64,000 nucleotides of DNA from positions 26,838 through 90,837 of the IMG/VR virus record IMGVR_UViG_3300021067_000006. One strand, written 5' to 3'. Origin of the DNA: a virus. Both the position numbers and the translations under genes were made by a program. Positions 53,461-62,948 of this stretch are shown here, in pieces. The notes beneath the pieces were generated by a model. The model saw nothing but the letters and a program-made list of their open reading frames with translations. It was not told the DNA's origin and did not search any database. Numbering within the stretch: position 1 is the stretch's first letter; each line of letters opens with the position of its first letter.

Positions 53461-54695
53461 GGCTTGTCCAACACGATCGCGCCGACGACACCGTTAATCA
53501 GTGCCGTCGAACCGCTCGAATTGGTGATCGTGAACCGCACATCGGTGCCCGATACAGACGGCACGACTGAGAAGCCTGCGCCGAATTCATCGACGGTCGA
53601 GCTCAACACGATGATCGGCGTGCCCGAGATGTTGTGCGCGCGCACCGTCACCGCCTTGATGAACAAGCACGCGCCTGCACCATCATCGACCCAAACGTCG
53701 GCCGTGACCGTGTACCGTTTGCCGACGACCGAGAGCGAGTAGTCGGCCGTGAGCGTGCCGCCGTTGACGACGCTCTGCCGCACCTGCACCGGCGGCCACA
53801 GATCGACTTCGACGTTCTCCTGCCCGCGCGCGGCAAGCCGCGTCGGCATCGGATGCACGTGGTCGGCGCGCGACGCGGTCGACGAAACGCCCGGCGCAGC
53901 CGTCTCTGCCGGCGCCACCGGGTTGACGTTCGACACCGCGGCCGCGTTCGCGGCGACGCCGTCGAGCTTCGTTTTGTCCGCGGCCGACATGAACCCCGCG
54001 GTCGAGGTCGTCGCAGCCAAGTGCTGCGAGCCGCCGCCGAGGTTGCCGTGGTCGTGCGTGTGGTCGCTCGGCGCTGCCGTCGTCGCAACGCCGACGGTCG
54101 CGCCCGAGCTCACGATCGCCGCGGGCGTTCCGCTCTGCGCGTTCGCGCTCGCGTTCGCAGCTACGCCGTTCAGCTTGTTTTTGTCCGTGCCCGTCATGAA
54201 GCCGGCGTCGCCGCCAGCTACGACCACCGCGTGCAACGAACCGCCCGGCAGGTCGCCGTGCGCGTGCACGTGGTCGCCGCGCGCAGCCGTGACGTCGACA
54301 CCGGCCGAGCCGGACGTGGCCACCGCGTTCGGCGTGTCGTTGTCCAGCGCCGGCCCGCCCCCGCCCCCGCCGCTCGGCGGCTCTGCCCACGCGCCGTCAG
54401 CACGCAGGAAATTGGAAGTGCCGCCACCGCTCGCCGGCACGACGCCCTGCAGCAGGTCGGTGAACACCGACAAAAACGCCGTGACCGTCGCCGAGTTACC
54501 TTCCTCGACCACGCCCGCGCCCGAGCTGAAACGCCCGAGCACGCGACCCGACGCGCTCACCGTGCGGTGTAGAAGCGAGTCGGCGATGTCGAGGAACAGA
54601 GATCCGACGAGCGTCGCGGTGTTCGACGCGTTGGTCGTCGCGTCGCGAATCTGCGCGGCGCGCGTTTGCAGGTTGACCAGGGTCTGCAGCGACAT
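53457..54695 (-). CDS. Tail fibre protein with HxH and GFMSAADKTKLDG repeats
   Basis: Three DHxH motifs; two AGFM..DK.KL.GVAANA repeats. Confidence 0.75.
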   Translation of the reverse strand: MSLQTLVNLQTRAAQIRDATTNASNTATLVGSLFLDIADSLLHRTVSASGRVLGRFSSGAGVVEEGNSATVTAFLSVFTDLLQGVVPASGGGTSNFLRADGAWAEPPSGGGGGGPALDNDTPNAVATSGSAGVDVTAARGDHVHAHGDLPGGSLHAVVVAGGDAGFMTGTDKNKLNGVAANASANAQSGTPAAIVSSGATVGVATTAAPSDHTHDHGNLGGGSQHLAATTSTAGFMSAADKTKLDGVAANAAAVSNVNPVAPAETAAPGVSSTASRADHVHPMPTRLAARGQENVEVDLWPPVQVRQSVVNGGTLTADYSLSVVGKRYTVTADVWVDDGAGACLFIKAVTVRAHNISGTPIIVLSSTVDEFGAGFSVVPSVSGTDVRFTITNSSGSTALINGVVGAIVLDKP

Positions 54696-54699
54696 GCTG

Positions 54700-55902
54700 T
54701 TAGCCTACCCTGCCGAAGAGTCGGCCGAGCGTCGCGTTGCGATCGGCGAGGATCTTGGCGGCGCTGTGCGCCGTGTTCGAAATGCGAACCTGACTAATCA
54801 TACTTATCGGGACTTGATTGCTGATGAAATTTAGCCAACCGTTAGCGCCGCCGGTCGGTGCGGCTAACGGTGCAGATGGTGCTCCGCACGGCAAACCGTC
54901 TAGATAAAGCTGAACTACCTGCCCGGCCGTGCGTGTGGCTGCCACGTGCGTCACGCCCCAACCGGGCAAAAACCCGTTGACCGTATACGTGACATCTACA
55001 GTGGTTCCGTTCTGCTGTTTCCAAACGAAGTCGTTCGTAGTTAAATGGAACTGCAGTTCCCACTGTATATTGTTTGCCGCCGCACCCGTGACATTCGTAC
55101 CGAAGTAAAGAATCCTCGGCGAAGTTAACGAAGCGTTGTCGTATCGATGATAGAGGAATTCGACCGTCAATTCCCCAGGCATGACCAGTGCGGGCGTCGC
55201 GCCGACCGTTGTACGCACCACGTCGATTCCGCCGCTCGCACGAATACGGTCCAGCCCCCACAGGCCGGGCGCCATCGGCGAATACCGCGCCATGCCCACG
55301 GTCGCAACGGCGTGATACGCGTTCGGACCGAGGTCGACGAGCGAACGATCGAGCGGATAAAACGCGACCGTGTCGGCTTCGACGCCGAACCGACCGATCG
55401 AGCTGCCGACGTTGTTCGCCATCTCGGCCCACGCTCGCCACCAACCTGCATACGCGACTGCGTTCAGGTTCGCGTCAACGAAGTCGGTCGCGTTGTTGAT
55501 CGAGTCGGCGACGTTCTGATTGAGCAGCGACGCGAGCGGGTCGGCGAGCTCGTTGAGCGCGGGGATGATGAGCCCGTTCGGCGTTCGCACGACGAACACG
55601 CGCTGCTCACGCCGCTCCGTCGAGCGCCCTTCATCCTCGATGAGCTCGATGAGGTACGAGCCGTAACGCGCAGCGGTCGGTGAGAACGTCCACACCTTCG
55701 GGTCGCCCGTCGCGACGAGCGACACCACGGCCGTTGTGTCGCCGGGCGGAACCCACAGCAGGCGAAAGAGCGTCGTGCTGCCGCTGCCCGTGTTCCTCAG
55801 GGTGACGAGCGCGCCCGTCGCCAAACCGTCGGTGCGTGATCGACCGGGCGTGCCTGCGGCCAGGCCTGCCTGATCGATCCGCAACTGCATGGGCTGAGCC
55901 AC
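54700..55902 (-). CDS. Virion protein with C-terminal LamG/ConA domain (400 aa)
   Basis: VAFYPLD, LTVEF, THVAATR, LYLDG, ISQVRISNTA. Confidence 0.75.
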   Translation of the reverse strand: MAQPMQLRIDQAGLAAGTPGRSRTDGLATGALVTLRNTGSGSTTLFRLLWVPPGDTTAVVSLVATGDPKVWTFSPTAARYGSYLIELIEDEGRSTERREQRVFVVRTPNGLIIPALNELADPLASLLNQNVADSINNATDFVDANLNAVAYAGWWRAWAEMANNVGSSIGRFGVEADTVAFYPLDRSLVDLGPNAYHAVATVGMARYSPMAPGLWGLDRIRASGGIDVVRTTVGATPALVMPGELTVEFLYHRYDNASLTSPRILYFGTNVTGAAANNIQWELQFHLTTNDFVWKQQNGTTVDVTYTVNGFLPGWGVTHVAATRTAGQVVQLYLDGLPCGAPSAPLAAPTGGANGWLNFISNQVPISMISQVRISNTAHSAAKILADRNATLGRLFGRVG

Positions 55903-55917
55903 GCATGCGAGGGTAGC

Positions 55918-56214
55918 TCAGTCGGAGTCGAACGGGTCGACGGGGTCGACGTTCGAGACGCGCCCGCCGCCGAACGACGCGCTCGCGGCGAACGGTTGCG
56001 ACAGGTCGCAGCGCAGCGCGAGGCCGAGCGAGAGCTGCGGCGGGAAGCCCGCCGGCGGGAACTGGAATGAGGGCAGACGCAGCGACAGCGCGAAGAACGG
56101 AACGCCGAACCCGCAAAGCAACGGCCCCGAAGGGCTCGGCTCGAACGACGCCTCGAGCGCGGCTTCGCCCTGCGCCTCTGGCGCGGGGTAATCGATCGGC
56201 GGCGCGGTGCCCAT
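55918..56214 (-). CDS. Pro-rich hypothetical protein (98 aa)
   Basis: TAAGCT-N6-ATG; follows spike. Confidence 0.55.
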   Translation of the reverse strand: MGTAPPIDYPAPEAQGEAALEASFEPSPSGPLLCGFGVPFFALSLRLPSFQFPPAGFPPQLSLGLALRCDLSQPFAASASFGGGRVSNVDPVDPFDSD

Positions 56215-56223
56215 GCCCCGAGC

Positions 56224-57288
56224 TTAGCCGGTCTTGAAGTGCACCGCGCCGAGCCCCGGCGTGAGCTGCACGCCCGTCGGCGATGGCGGCGGCTTCGGCA
56301 GCCGCGCAGCGAGCGGAAGCCCCGCAGCGAGCGACGTCGCGGCCAACGGCGTGAGCGTGGTCGACACCGTGCCGCCACTTGCGACCGTCGCGAGCCACGC
56401 AGCGATGCCCGTACCGATGTGCGCGGCGGTAACCGGAAGCGCGGCGGCAGCGACGCCGATCTGCGTGAGGATGTTGGTGAGCGCGCCGACGACAAACTCC
56501 GTCGTCGCGACGTGCTCGACCGGCACGTTGTTGCCGATCGCGATGGTCACCGCGCCGGGCACCGCCACGTACAGCTCGCCGGCGAACGACGGTGCGCCTG
56601 AGCCGTTGAGCAGGATCTGCGCGTCGTCGATCTGCAGCACGCCGCGGCTCTCGGTGTAGTTGATCTGCAGCAGGTACCGCGGCGGTGACTCCGGCGTGCT
56701 CGGCCCCTGCACGCTGAATGCGTCCGGGCTCATCTGCAGCGCCGCGTTCTCGCCGTCTTTGATCGTCACGCTGCCGTCGTCGGCGAGCATGAACAGCGCG
56801 CCGCTCGCCGCGCTCCGGAACACGACCGGGCCGGCGAGCTCCTGCACGAAAGGGGTCCGCTGCCTGCGGAACGCGAAGCTGTTCGTCTTCGGGTCCTGCC
56901 CCGCGACGCTCTCCATCGGCAGCCGGTCGAGCGCGTTGTTGAGCCGGCCGACGATGACGGCGCCGCTGTCCTCGCGCCCGCTCGGCAAGAGCAGCACGAC
57001 CTCGTCGCCGTCGACGAACGGGTTGTACTCGCCCTCGCCGGCTCCCGCGATCGACGCGGCGATGCGCGCGAACACGGGCACCTTGCTCGGCTCGAGCCGA
57101 ACGCGAACGTAAACCTGCCCCTCGTCCTCGTTGAACTCGACCGGCGGATCGCCGTCGCCCGCAACGATGCCGTACGAGCACCACGTGCGCGTGTCGCGCC
57201 CGGGCCCGGAGAACGCTTCGGCCGCGCTCGATGCATCGAACGCGCGCATGCCGCCGAACGAACGACGCCGCGTTCGCGTGACGCTCAC
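56224..57288 (-). CDS. Baseplate spike (gpV/gp5 OB-fold)
   Basis: VRVRLEP...GEGEYNPFVDGDEVVLLLPSG...VIVGRL; GTGA coupling to hub. Confidence 0.75.
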   Translation of the reverse strand: MSVTRTRRRSFGGMRAFDASSAAEAFSGPGRDTRTWCSYGIVAGDGDPPVEFNEDEGQVYVRVRLEPSKVPVFARIAASIAGAGEGEYNPFVDGDEVVLLLPSGREDSGAVIVGRLNNALDRLPMESVAGQDPKTNSFAFRRQRTPFVQELAGPVVFRSAASGALFMLADDGSVTIKDGENAALQMSPDAFSVQGPSTPESPPRYLLQINYTESRGVLQIDDAQILLNGSGAPSFAGELYVAVPGAVTIAIGNNVPVEHVATTEFVVGALTNILTQIGVAAAALPVTAAHIGTGIAAWLATVASGGTVSTTLTPLAATSLAAGLPLAARLPKPPPSPTGVQLTPGLGAVHFKTG

Positions 57289-59030
57289 CGGCGCACCTCG
57301 TCGGCGACCGTCGAGCGCGACGCTGCACCGCCCGAGCTCGTGACTTCCTCGCCTTCGGGCAGCTGTCGATCGCTGCGCGCCGCGATGTAGTTGGCGACCT
57401 CGAGGTCGAGGTCGATGCCATCGCTCGAGCTCCACCCGATGCGCAGCGTGCGCAGACGGAACACGTGCGGCAGCGCGACGCTGCTTGCGACCGACTGATA
57501 GCTCATCGCGAAGCGCTGCGAGTAGCCGAGCGCGCGCATCAAGTCGGCGGCGCGTGTCGCGATGGCAAGCTCCGTCTCCTGCGTCGTGTTGCCGAACTCG
57601 GTGTCACGCAGCACGCGGATCTCGACCGGGTCGCCCGGCAGCGCGTCGAGCAGGTCGGGGTCGAGGTTGCTGCCGCCGAACGAGCCGAGGTCTCTCGTCA
57701 CGACGCGACCGGTGATCTCGTTTCGGTTCCACTGCTCGTAAGCGCTTTGCGCGACGAGCCGCAGCACAGCCTCGTCGCGCACGCCGTGTACCGTGATGAC
57801 GCGCCACTTCTCCTCCGCTGCGTCACCCGGCTGCAGCTTGCGCACGCGCTCGCCCTTCTGCGGGTAGCGCGCGATCAACGTCTTCTTTCGCGCGGTGTCG
57901 TAGCAACGCACCTCGATGTTCACGCTCTGTCCGCCGGCGTACTTCCGACCCAAGCTCATCTGCAGCACGTTGCGACCGTACAGCATCAGGCGGCGCACCA
58001 CCTCGACACCGCCCGGCAGCACGCGCCCGTCGAACGGATCGTCGTCGCGCGTCGGCAGCCGATCGTCGAGCAGCGTGCGCGGGCGCTGCACGACGATCGT
58101 CGAACCGACGAGGCGCACGACGTGACCAACCGATCCAGCCACGTCGGTGAAGTAGTCCCACACCTTGAGCTTGCCGCCGCCGGCGCCGCCACTCGGCGAA
58201 GGCCCGAGCTTCGGCTGAAACTTGGTGCTCTGCAGCGCCTGCTTGAGCACCGGCGGTTCGACGCCCGCAGGCCTGTACTCGACCGACAGCCCGCGGAACT
58301 GCGGGAAATTGGAGAGGTACTCGGCGAACGCGCGGTGCAGTGGCTGATCGACGGGAACCGTGAGCCCCGCCGGCGCTTCCTGGTCGATGAGCAATCGCGT
58401 GTTGTCGGTGCACTCGAGCGACACCGTCGGCTCGCCGTTCTCAGGCCACTGCACTTCCCACTCGTCGACCCAGCCCTCGAACCTGAGGTTGGTACGCGGG
58501 CGTCCTCGCTCGTCGGTGTACTCGTCCGGCACGACGTTGCGCGCAACGAGCACGCCGCCGGAGCTCGGCGACACCGATCGCACCTCGCCGGACACGCCGC
58601 GCTGATAGTCCTCGGCCGACACGCAGCCGAGGAAGAATTGCACCGCGCACGCGCGCACCGTGCGCGGGTCGAGCGGTAGATCGGCGTAGTCGAGCTCGAG
58701 CTTGAGCGTGTCCGCCGTGCGCAGTCCGTTGAGCCCAAGGTCGGCCGAGCTCGGCACGATGCCGTCGAGCACGTGCGTCAGGCCATCGACCGAACCCTGC
58801 TGCGCCTGCGGCGAACCGAGCGACGTCGGATCGTCGCCGGGCCCGAGCAGGAGCAGCCTGCCCTCCGTTTCGACCACGCGCAGGCGCTCTTTCGACAGGC
58901 TCTTCTTTCCGCCGCGAGCTGTCGCCGGACGCGGCGGCGGTTCGGGCGCCGCGGCGCTGCCGAACTCTTCGAGCCGCACGATGAGCCGCACGCGCGCCGA
59001 TGGGTAGTAGCCGGAGGGAACGTCTGCCAT
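57285..59030 (-). CDS. Baseplate hub (P2 gpD/Mu gp44-like)
   Basis: FEGWVDEW..VSLECTDNTRLLID; position between tail-X and spike. Confidence 0.7.
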   Translation of the reverse strand: MADVPSGYYPSARVRLIVRLEEFGSAAAPEPPPRPATARGGKKSLSKERLRVVETEGRLLLLGPGDDPTSLGSPQAQQGSVDGLTHVLDGIVPSSADLGLNGLRTADTLKLELDYADLPLDPRTVRACAVQFFLGCVSAEDYQRGVSGEVRSVSPSSGGVLVARNVVPDEYTDERGRPRTNLRFEGWVDEWEVQWPENGEPTVSLECTDNTRLLIDQEAPAGLTVPVDQPLHRAFAEYLSNFPQFRGLSVEYRPAGVEPPVLKQALQSTKFQPKLGPSPSGGAGGGKLKVWDYFTDVAGSVGHVVRLVGSTIVVQRPRTLLDDRLPTRDDDPFDGRVLPGGVEVVRRLMLYGRNVLQMSLGRKYAGGQSVNIEVRCYDTARKKTLIARYPQKGERVRKLQPGDAAEEKWRVITVHGVRDEAVLRLVAQSAYEQWNRNEITGRVVTRDLGSFGGSNLDPDLLDALPGDPVEIRVLRDTEFGNTTQETELAIATRAADLMRALGYSQRFAMSYQSVASSVALPHVFRLRTLRIGWSSSDGIDLDLEVANYIAARSDRQLPEGEEVTSSGGAASRSTVADEVRR

Positions 59031-59035
59031 GAGGG

Positions 59036-60268
59036 TTACGCCGTCGCCGCCGTGCGCTGCTCGAGCACCGTGCGCACCGGCACGATGATCGGGGTCCGCT
59101 CGGGCGGCAACACCGTGTACGCCGGCAGCCCGTTCGCGCGCGCGAGCTCGGCCGACAGATCGGTGCCGTAGTACCGCATCGCGATCTGCAGCAGCGTCTC
59201 ACCCTCGCGCGGCACGATGATCGCGAGCACGTCGTTCGGCCCTGCCTCGTTGCCCGTCGGCGTAGCCCCCGCAACGCGGCGCTGCCGTGCCTGCCTGGCA
59301 AGCGCGAGCGACGACGCCGACACGAGCTCAGCCTGTGTCTGCGCACGCCCGTAGTACGCCGCCGTGCGCGCGAGCACGGCCACGCGGCTCGTGTTCGCCA
59401 TCTGCTCGGGTCCGCGGCGTCCGGCCTCATCGACGAATTGGTTCGCCACCGACACCGCGTTCGTCGCGACGTCGAGCACGTGCCCGGCGATCGCCGCGGG
59501 CAGGTCGCGCACCTGCAGCACGAGGTCGCCAACGTGCTTCAGCCGATTCGTCACCTGCTGCGCAGAGCGGCCGAACGACTCGACGATCGCGAGCGGCGCA
59601 GTTGCCATCGACTCAAGCGAGCCGAGCGAAAACGTCGAGATGCTGTCGACCGTCCGGCGCTTTAGGAATTCCTCGACGAACACCGCGCGCACCGCGCCGT
59701 CGAGCGCGGCCATCGCGGTGCGCGCCGCGGCGATGAGGTCTTCGCCGCGGAACTCCAACGTCGGCGCGAGCGCGAGCCCGCGGCCCGACCACTCGAACGT
59801 CACCGACCACTGCACGTCGTCGAGCGTGCGGTAACGCGGCTCGAACTCTGTGATCCTGCCGACGCGCGTGATCCGCAGCTCATCGCGCGAGGAGATGCGA
59901 CCGGCACTGCTGAACCGCGTCGCGGTGTTGATCCACGTCACGCGCAGGAGCTGCCCGCCGAGTCGGATGGAATCAAGCGCCTCGGCGAGCTGATACGCGA
60001 GCGCAACCTCGTGCAGACCGCCGGAGTCGATGAACTCGCACGGCGCAACGACGAGACGATTCGTGTTCCATTCGCCCTGCCAATCGCTCGGCATCTCCTG
60101 CGGCGACAGCACGTGCTGCGTGGCGTCGGGGTTGCCCGGGTTCCAGCGCGTCGCAACGACCGTGCGTGACGCCCAACCCGCACCCTGCCGCGGCAGGCCA
60201 GAGCCCTTGAGCACGAGCCGACGTTTCTTGCCCGTGAGCTCTTCGATCGTCAGCGTCGACGCGGCCAC
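59036..60268 (-). CDS. Tube-initiator-like protein with C-terminal LysM/tail-X domain
   Basis: GETLLQIAMRYYG..LARANGL; downstream of tape measure. Confidence 0.7.
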   Translation of the reverse strand: MAASTLTIEELTGKKRRLVLKGSGLPRQGAGWASRTVVATRWNPGNPDATQHVLSPQEMPSDWQGEWNTNRLVVAPCEFIDSGGLHEVALAYQLAEALDSIRLGGQLLRVTWINTATRFSSAGRISSRDELRITRVGRITEFEPRYRTLDDVQWSVTFEWSGRGLALAPTLEFRGEDLIAAARTAMAALDGAVRAVFVEEFLKRRTVDSISTFSLGSLESMATAPLAIVESFGRSAQQVTNRLKHVGDLVLQVRDLPAAIAGHVLDVATNAVSVANQFVDEAGRRGPEQMANTSRVAVLARTAAYYGRAQTQAELVSASSLALARQARQRRVAGATPTGNEAGPNDVLAIIVPREGETLLQIAMRYYGTDLSAELARANGLPAYTVLPPERTPIIVPVRTVLEQRTAATA

Positions 60269-60290
60269 GCGCTCAGGCTAGCGCGCCCCG

Positions 60291-60312
60291 TATGGAACCG
60301 CGCGATTCCAAA
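60291..60312. promoter_or_regulatory. 22-bp palindrome copy 8 (TATGGAACCGCGCGATTCCAAA)
   Basis: Intergenic, upstream of TAGCCT hexamer. Confidence 0.8.
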
Positions 60313-60320
60313 CCCGAGGA

Positions 60321-60959
60321 TCAGAACCCGGCATCGAGCTTCGTGCGCTCTGCCCAGAGCTTCACCGCCGGCTCGTCGGCGGCGGTCGCTTCGTCGGTCG
60401 TCGTCGTCTCGGTGTACGGCTGCGCCTCTTGGATAAGAGCGCGCATCGCCCGCGCGAAGCGGTGCACGCGGAGTGCGGCCTCGGCGCACGCCTTCGCGTC
60501 CTCGCTCTTCGCCGCTGCAGCCGCCTCGTCGTCGGCTTCGACGGCCTGCTCGACCAGCTCGTCGGCGCGGTCGAGCAGCGCCTCGATGGCGTCGGGGTCA
60601 GCGCCACGCTCGGCTTCTGCCTCGGCCGTTGTGTGCATCTCAGCGAGCTGCTCGCGCGCGGCGTTGAGCGATTCGATGGCGCGCTCGCTCCACGTCGTGA
60701 TCGCCTCGAGCTCGCCCGCGTCGCCGAGCTCAGTCGCGCGCGCCTCGACTTCTTCGTCGCTGAGCTCGCCCTCCTCCTCGGCCTCGCCGTCGGTGTCGTC
60801 CTCGCCGCCCTCGACGGGGTCAGCGTCGGGGTCAGAGGAACCCGCGGCCTCAGCGACGAGCTCGGCGATCTGGTCGGGGGCGAGCGCGTCGAGTACGTCG
60901 GTCAGAGACCCGGCGGGAACGGCGGTGCCGGCGAGACCGGGGAGGATGGGCATCGTCAT
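60321..60959 (-). CDS. Highly acidic helical protein (212 aa)
   Basis: D/E/A-rich; between TMP and tail-X. Confidence 0.7.
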   Translation of the reverse strand: MTMPILPGLAGTAVPAGSLTDVLDALAPDQIAELVAEAAGSSDPDADPVEGGEDDTDGEAEEEGELSDEEVEARATELGDAGELEAITTWSERAIESLNAAREQLAEMHTTAEAEAERGADPDAIEALLDRADELVEQAVEADDEAAAAAKSEDAKACAEAALRVHRFARAMRALIQEAQPYTETTTTDEATAADEPAVKLWAERTKLDAGF

Positions 60960-60974
60960 CGCGCTAGGACTAGC

Positions 60975-62939
60975 TCAGAAGCCGAACGGTGACGACGTCG
61001 AAGCCTGCAGCCGACGCTCGGCGGACGACAGAATCCCACGCTGGAACAGCAACGCGATGCGATCGGGGTCCTCGTCGCGAAAGTCCTGCTGAACCTTGAA
61101 CGTCTGCCCGCCGTTGAACTGCACGAGCGGTTTGTCCGGCGCTGCTTTCCCTGCCGTGATTCCCGCCTTCTGCCGCAACTTGTCGGCGAAGTCCCCCGCC
61201 TTGTCGCCGACGAGCTCGGCGAGCGCGGTGAACGCGTCGGCCGTCATCACGCCCGACACCAAGAATGCGTCCTGCAACTGCTTCGACCCGACAAACAGCG
61301 ACGCCATATAGCGCTGCAGTCCGACGTTGTTCGACGCCGCTGCTTGCTGAAACATCGTGCCGAGCGAAGTGCCCGCAGCCATCGCCGCTGCGATGTCCTG
61401 CTCGGCCATGCTCAGGCTGCTCGAGCGCAGCCGCTCTGCCGTCTCTGCAGCTACCGCGCTGAGCTCGTTGGCGACGCTCTGCTGCTCGCGCAGTGAGCGC
61501 GCGAGAGCGGCGATGTTCTCGACGCTCTCGCCTTCCTTCGCTGCGAGCATCGTGGCCTCGCGTTCCATCCGCTCGATGAACTCGATCTGCTGCGCGCCCG
61601 TCGTGCGGTCGCCGAACTGCGGCCCCTCCGTTCCGATCTTCGCGAGCGCGGCTCGCTTCGCCTCGAGGTCGAGCTCGCGTTCGCTATCGAACGTGCGCGA
61701 CGCGCTCGCGTCTTTGAACGCCAGCACCGCCGCCGTCGCGCCGCCGAGCGCGAGCCCAAACGCGCCGAGCGCGGCGGCGCCGCCGGCGAACCCAGCGAGC
61801 TGCGCGGCGCCGACCGCGGTACCGCCGGCGCCCGCGCGCGCGACCGCGCCGACCACGCTGCCCGCGGCTTGGCCGAGCCCGCTGCGCGCGACCGCGTTGG
61901 CACCGAACGCGAGCGCGAGCTCTTCTTTGTGCGCGAGCGCGAACTGAATGACTTCGCGGCCCGTCTCGAACGCGGCGACGATGTCCTCGCGCAACTCAGC
62001 ACCGTGGTCGCGCAGGAACTTGAACCCGTTTTCGATCTCGTCGGCGGCTTGCTCGACCCACCTGCCGACGTCGACGGCCATCGTTTTCGCGAATTGCTCG
62101 ATCGCCATCTCGTTGTCACCGAGGAACGTGACGAGGCGCTGCAGCTGCGGCATCAGCGCCTCGATGAACGGCTCGCCAAGCTTCTCTTTGCTGATGTCGA
62201 CGATGTTCGCGAGCGACTGCCGCAGCTGATTGAACGTCGGCGGCGCCTTGCCGAGCTGCGTCGTCGCGCGCGTCAGGCCGTCGGTGAGGATTGCGAGGCG
62301 CTTCTCGTCGGTGAGCTCGGCCCAGCCCTTCGCGATGTTCTTCGTGTCGGCGCCGAACACGCCCGTCGACTGCAGCAGCTGGAACAGGCGACCGCGAGTC
62401 TTGAGCACGCCCTCGCTCATGAAGCCGAACTCCTGCGACACCGCCTCGAGCGGCAGCTTCATCTTGCCGGAGATGGCCGTCAGCTGATCGATCTGCATGC
62501 GCGCGTCGAACACGCCTTCTGCGGTCGCATCCTGAATCGCAAGCAGGCGACCGAACGCACCTTCGATCTGGTCGGTCGCAACACCGTGCCGCACCGACAA
62601 GCGATCGAGCTCGTCGGCGTAGCGGCCCGCTCGATCCATCGCTTCCTCGAACGGTATCTGCTGCACCGTCGAGATCATCGACGCGATGCTCGCGTCGAAC
62701 TCCTGCCCGCCCGACGCGGCGGTGATGAACGAGCTCGCGAAGTTGGTAGCCCCGCGAATCGCAGACGGGAAGTGAACGCCGGCGAGCGTCGAAAGCGAAT
62801 TCGACATGAAGCCGAGCCCGCGCTGCGCCGCTTGCCGCGTCCCTTCGAGCTGCGTGAAGCCGCCCTTGATGCGCTCCATCGTCGCCGTCGCGCCGTCGTC
62901 GAGCGTGAGCTTGGCTTTTACTTCTCGTTCTTCGGCCAT
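60975..62939 (-). CDS. Tape measure protein (654 aa)
   Basis: Ala-rich helical, hydrophobic Gly/Ala stretch, follows chaperone genes. Confidence 0.85.
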   Translation of the reverse strand: MAEEREVKAKLTLDDGATATMERIKGGFTQLEGTRQAAQRGLGFMSNSLSTLAGVHFPSAIRGATNFASSFITAASGGQEFDASIASMISTVQQIPFEEAMDRAGRYADELDRLSVRHGVATDQIEGAFGRLLAIQDATAEGVFDARMQIDQLTAISGKMKLPLEAVSQEFGFMSEGVLKTRGRLFQLLQSTGVFGADTKNIAKGWAELTDEKRLAILTDGLTRATTQLGKAPPTFNQLRQSLANIVDISKEKLGEPFIEALMPQLQRLVTFLGDNEMAIEQFAKTMAVDVGRWVEQAADEIENGFKFLRDHGAELREDIVAAFETGREVIQFALAHKEELALAFGANAVARSGLGQAAGSVVGAVARAGAGGTAVGAAQLAGFAGGAAALGAFGLALGGATAAVLAFKDASASRTFDSERELDLEAKRAALAKIGTEGPQFGDRTTGAQQIEFIERMEREATMLAAKEGESVENIAALARSLREQQSVANELSAVAAETAERLRSSSLSMAEQDIAAAMAAGTSLGTMFQQAAASNNVGLQRYMASLFVGSKQLQDAFLVSGVMTADAFTALAELVGDKAGDFADKLRQKAGITAGKAAPDKPLVQFNGGQTFKVQQDFRDEDPDRIALLFQRGILSSAERRLQASTSSPFGF

Positions 62940-62948
62940 GAGCAGAGC

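Noticed and set aside
50481-55902. Diversity-generating retroelement or invertible fibre cassette
   Set aside because: No reverse transcriptase, invertase or TR/VR pair seen in the window
2642-60312. 22-bp palindromes or GCTGA hairpins as CRISPR repeats
   Set aside because: Dispersed kilobases apart or only paired; no regular repeat-spacer array and no cas genes
2642-60312. 22-mer as canonical chromosomal parS
   Set aside because: Does not match the 16-bp TGTTNCACGTGAAACA consensus; only a non-canonical centromere remains possible
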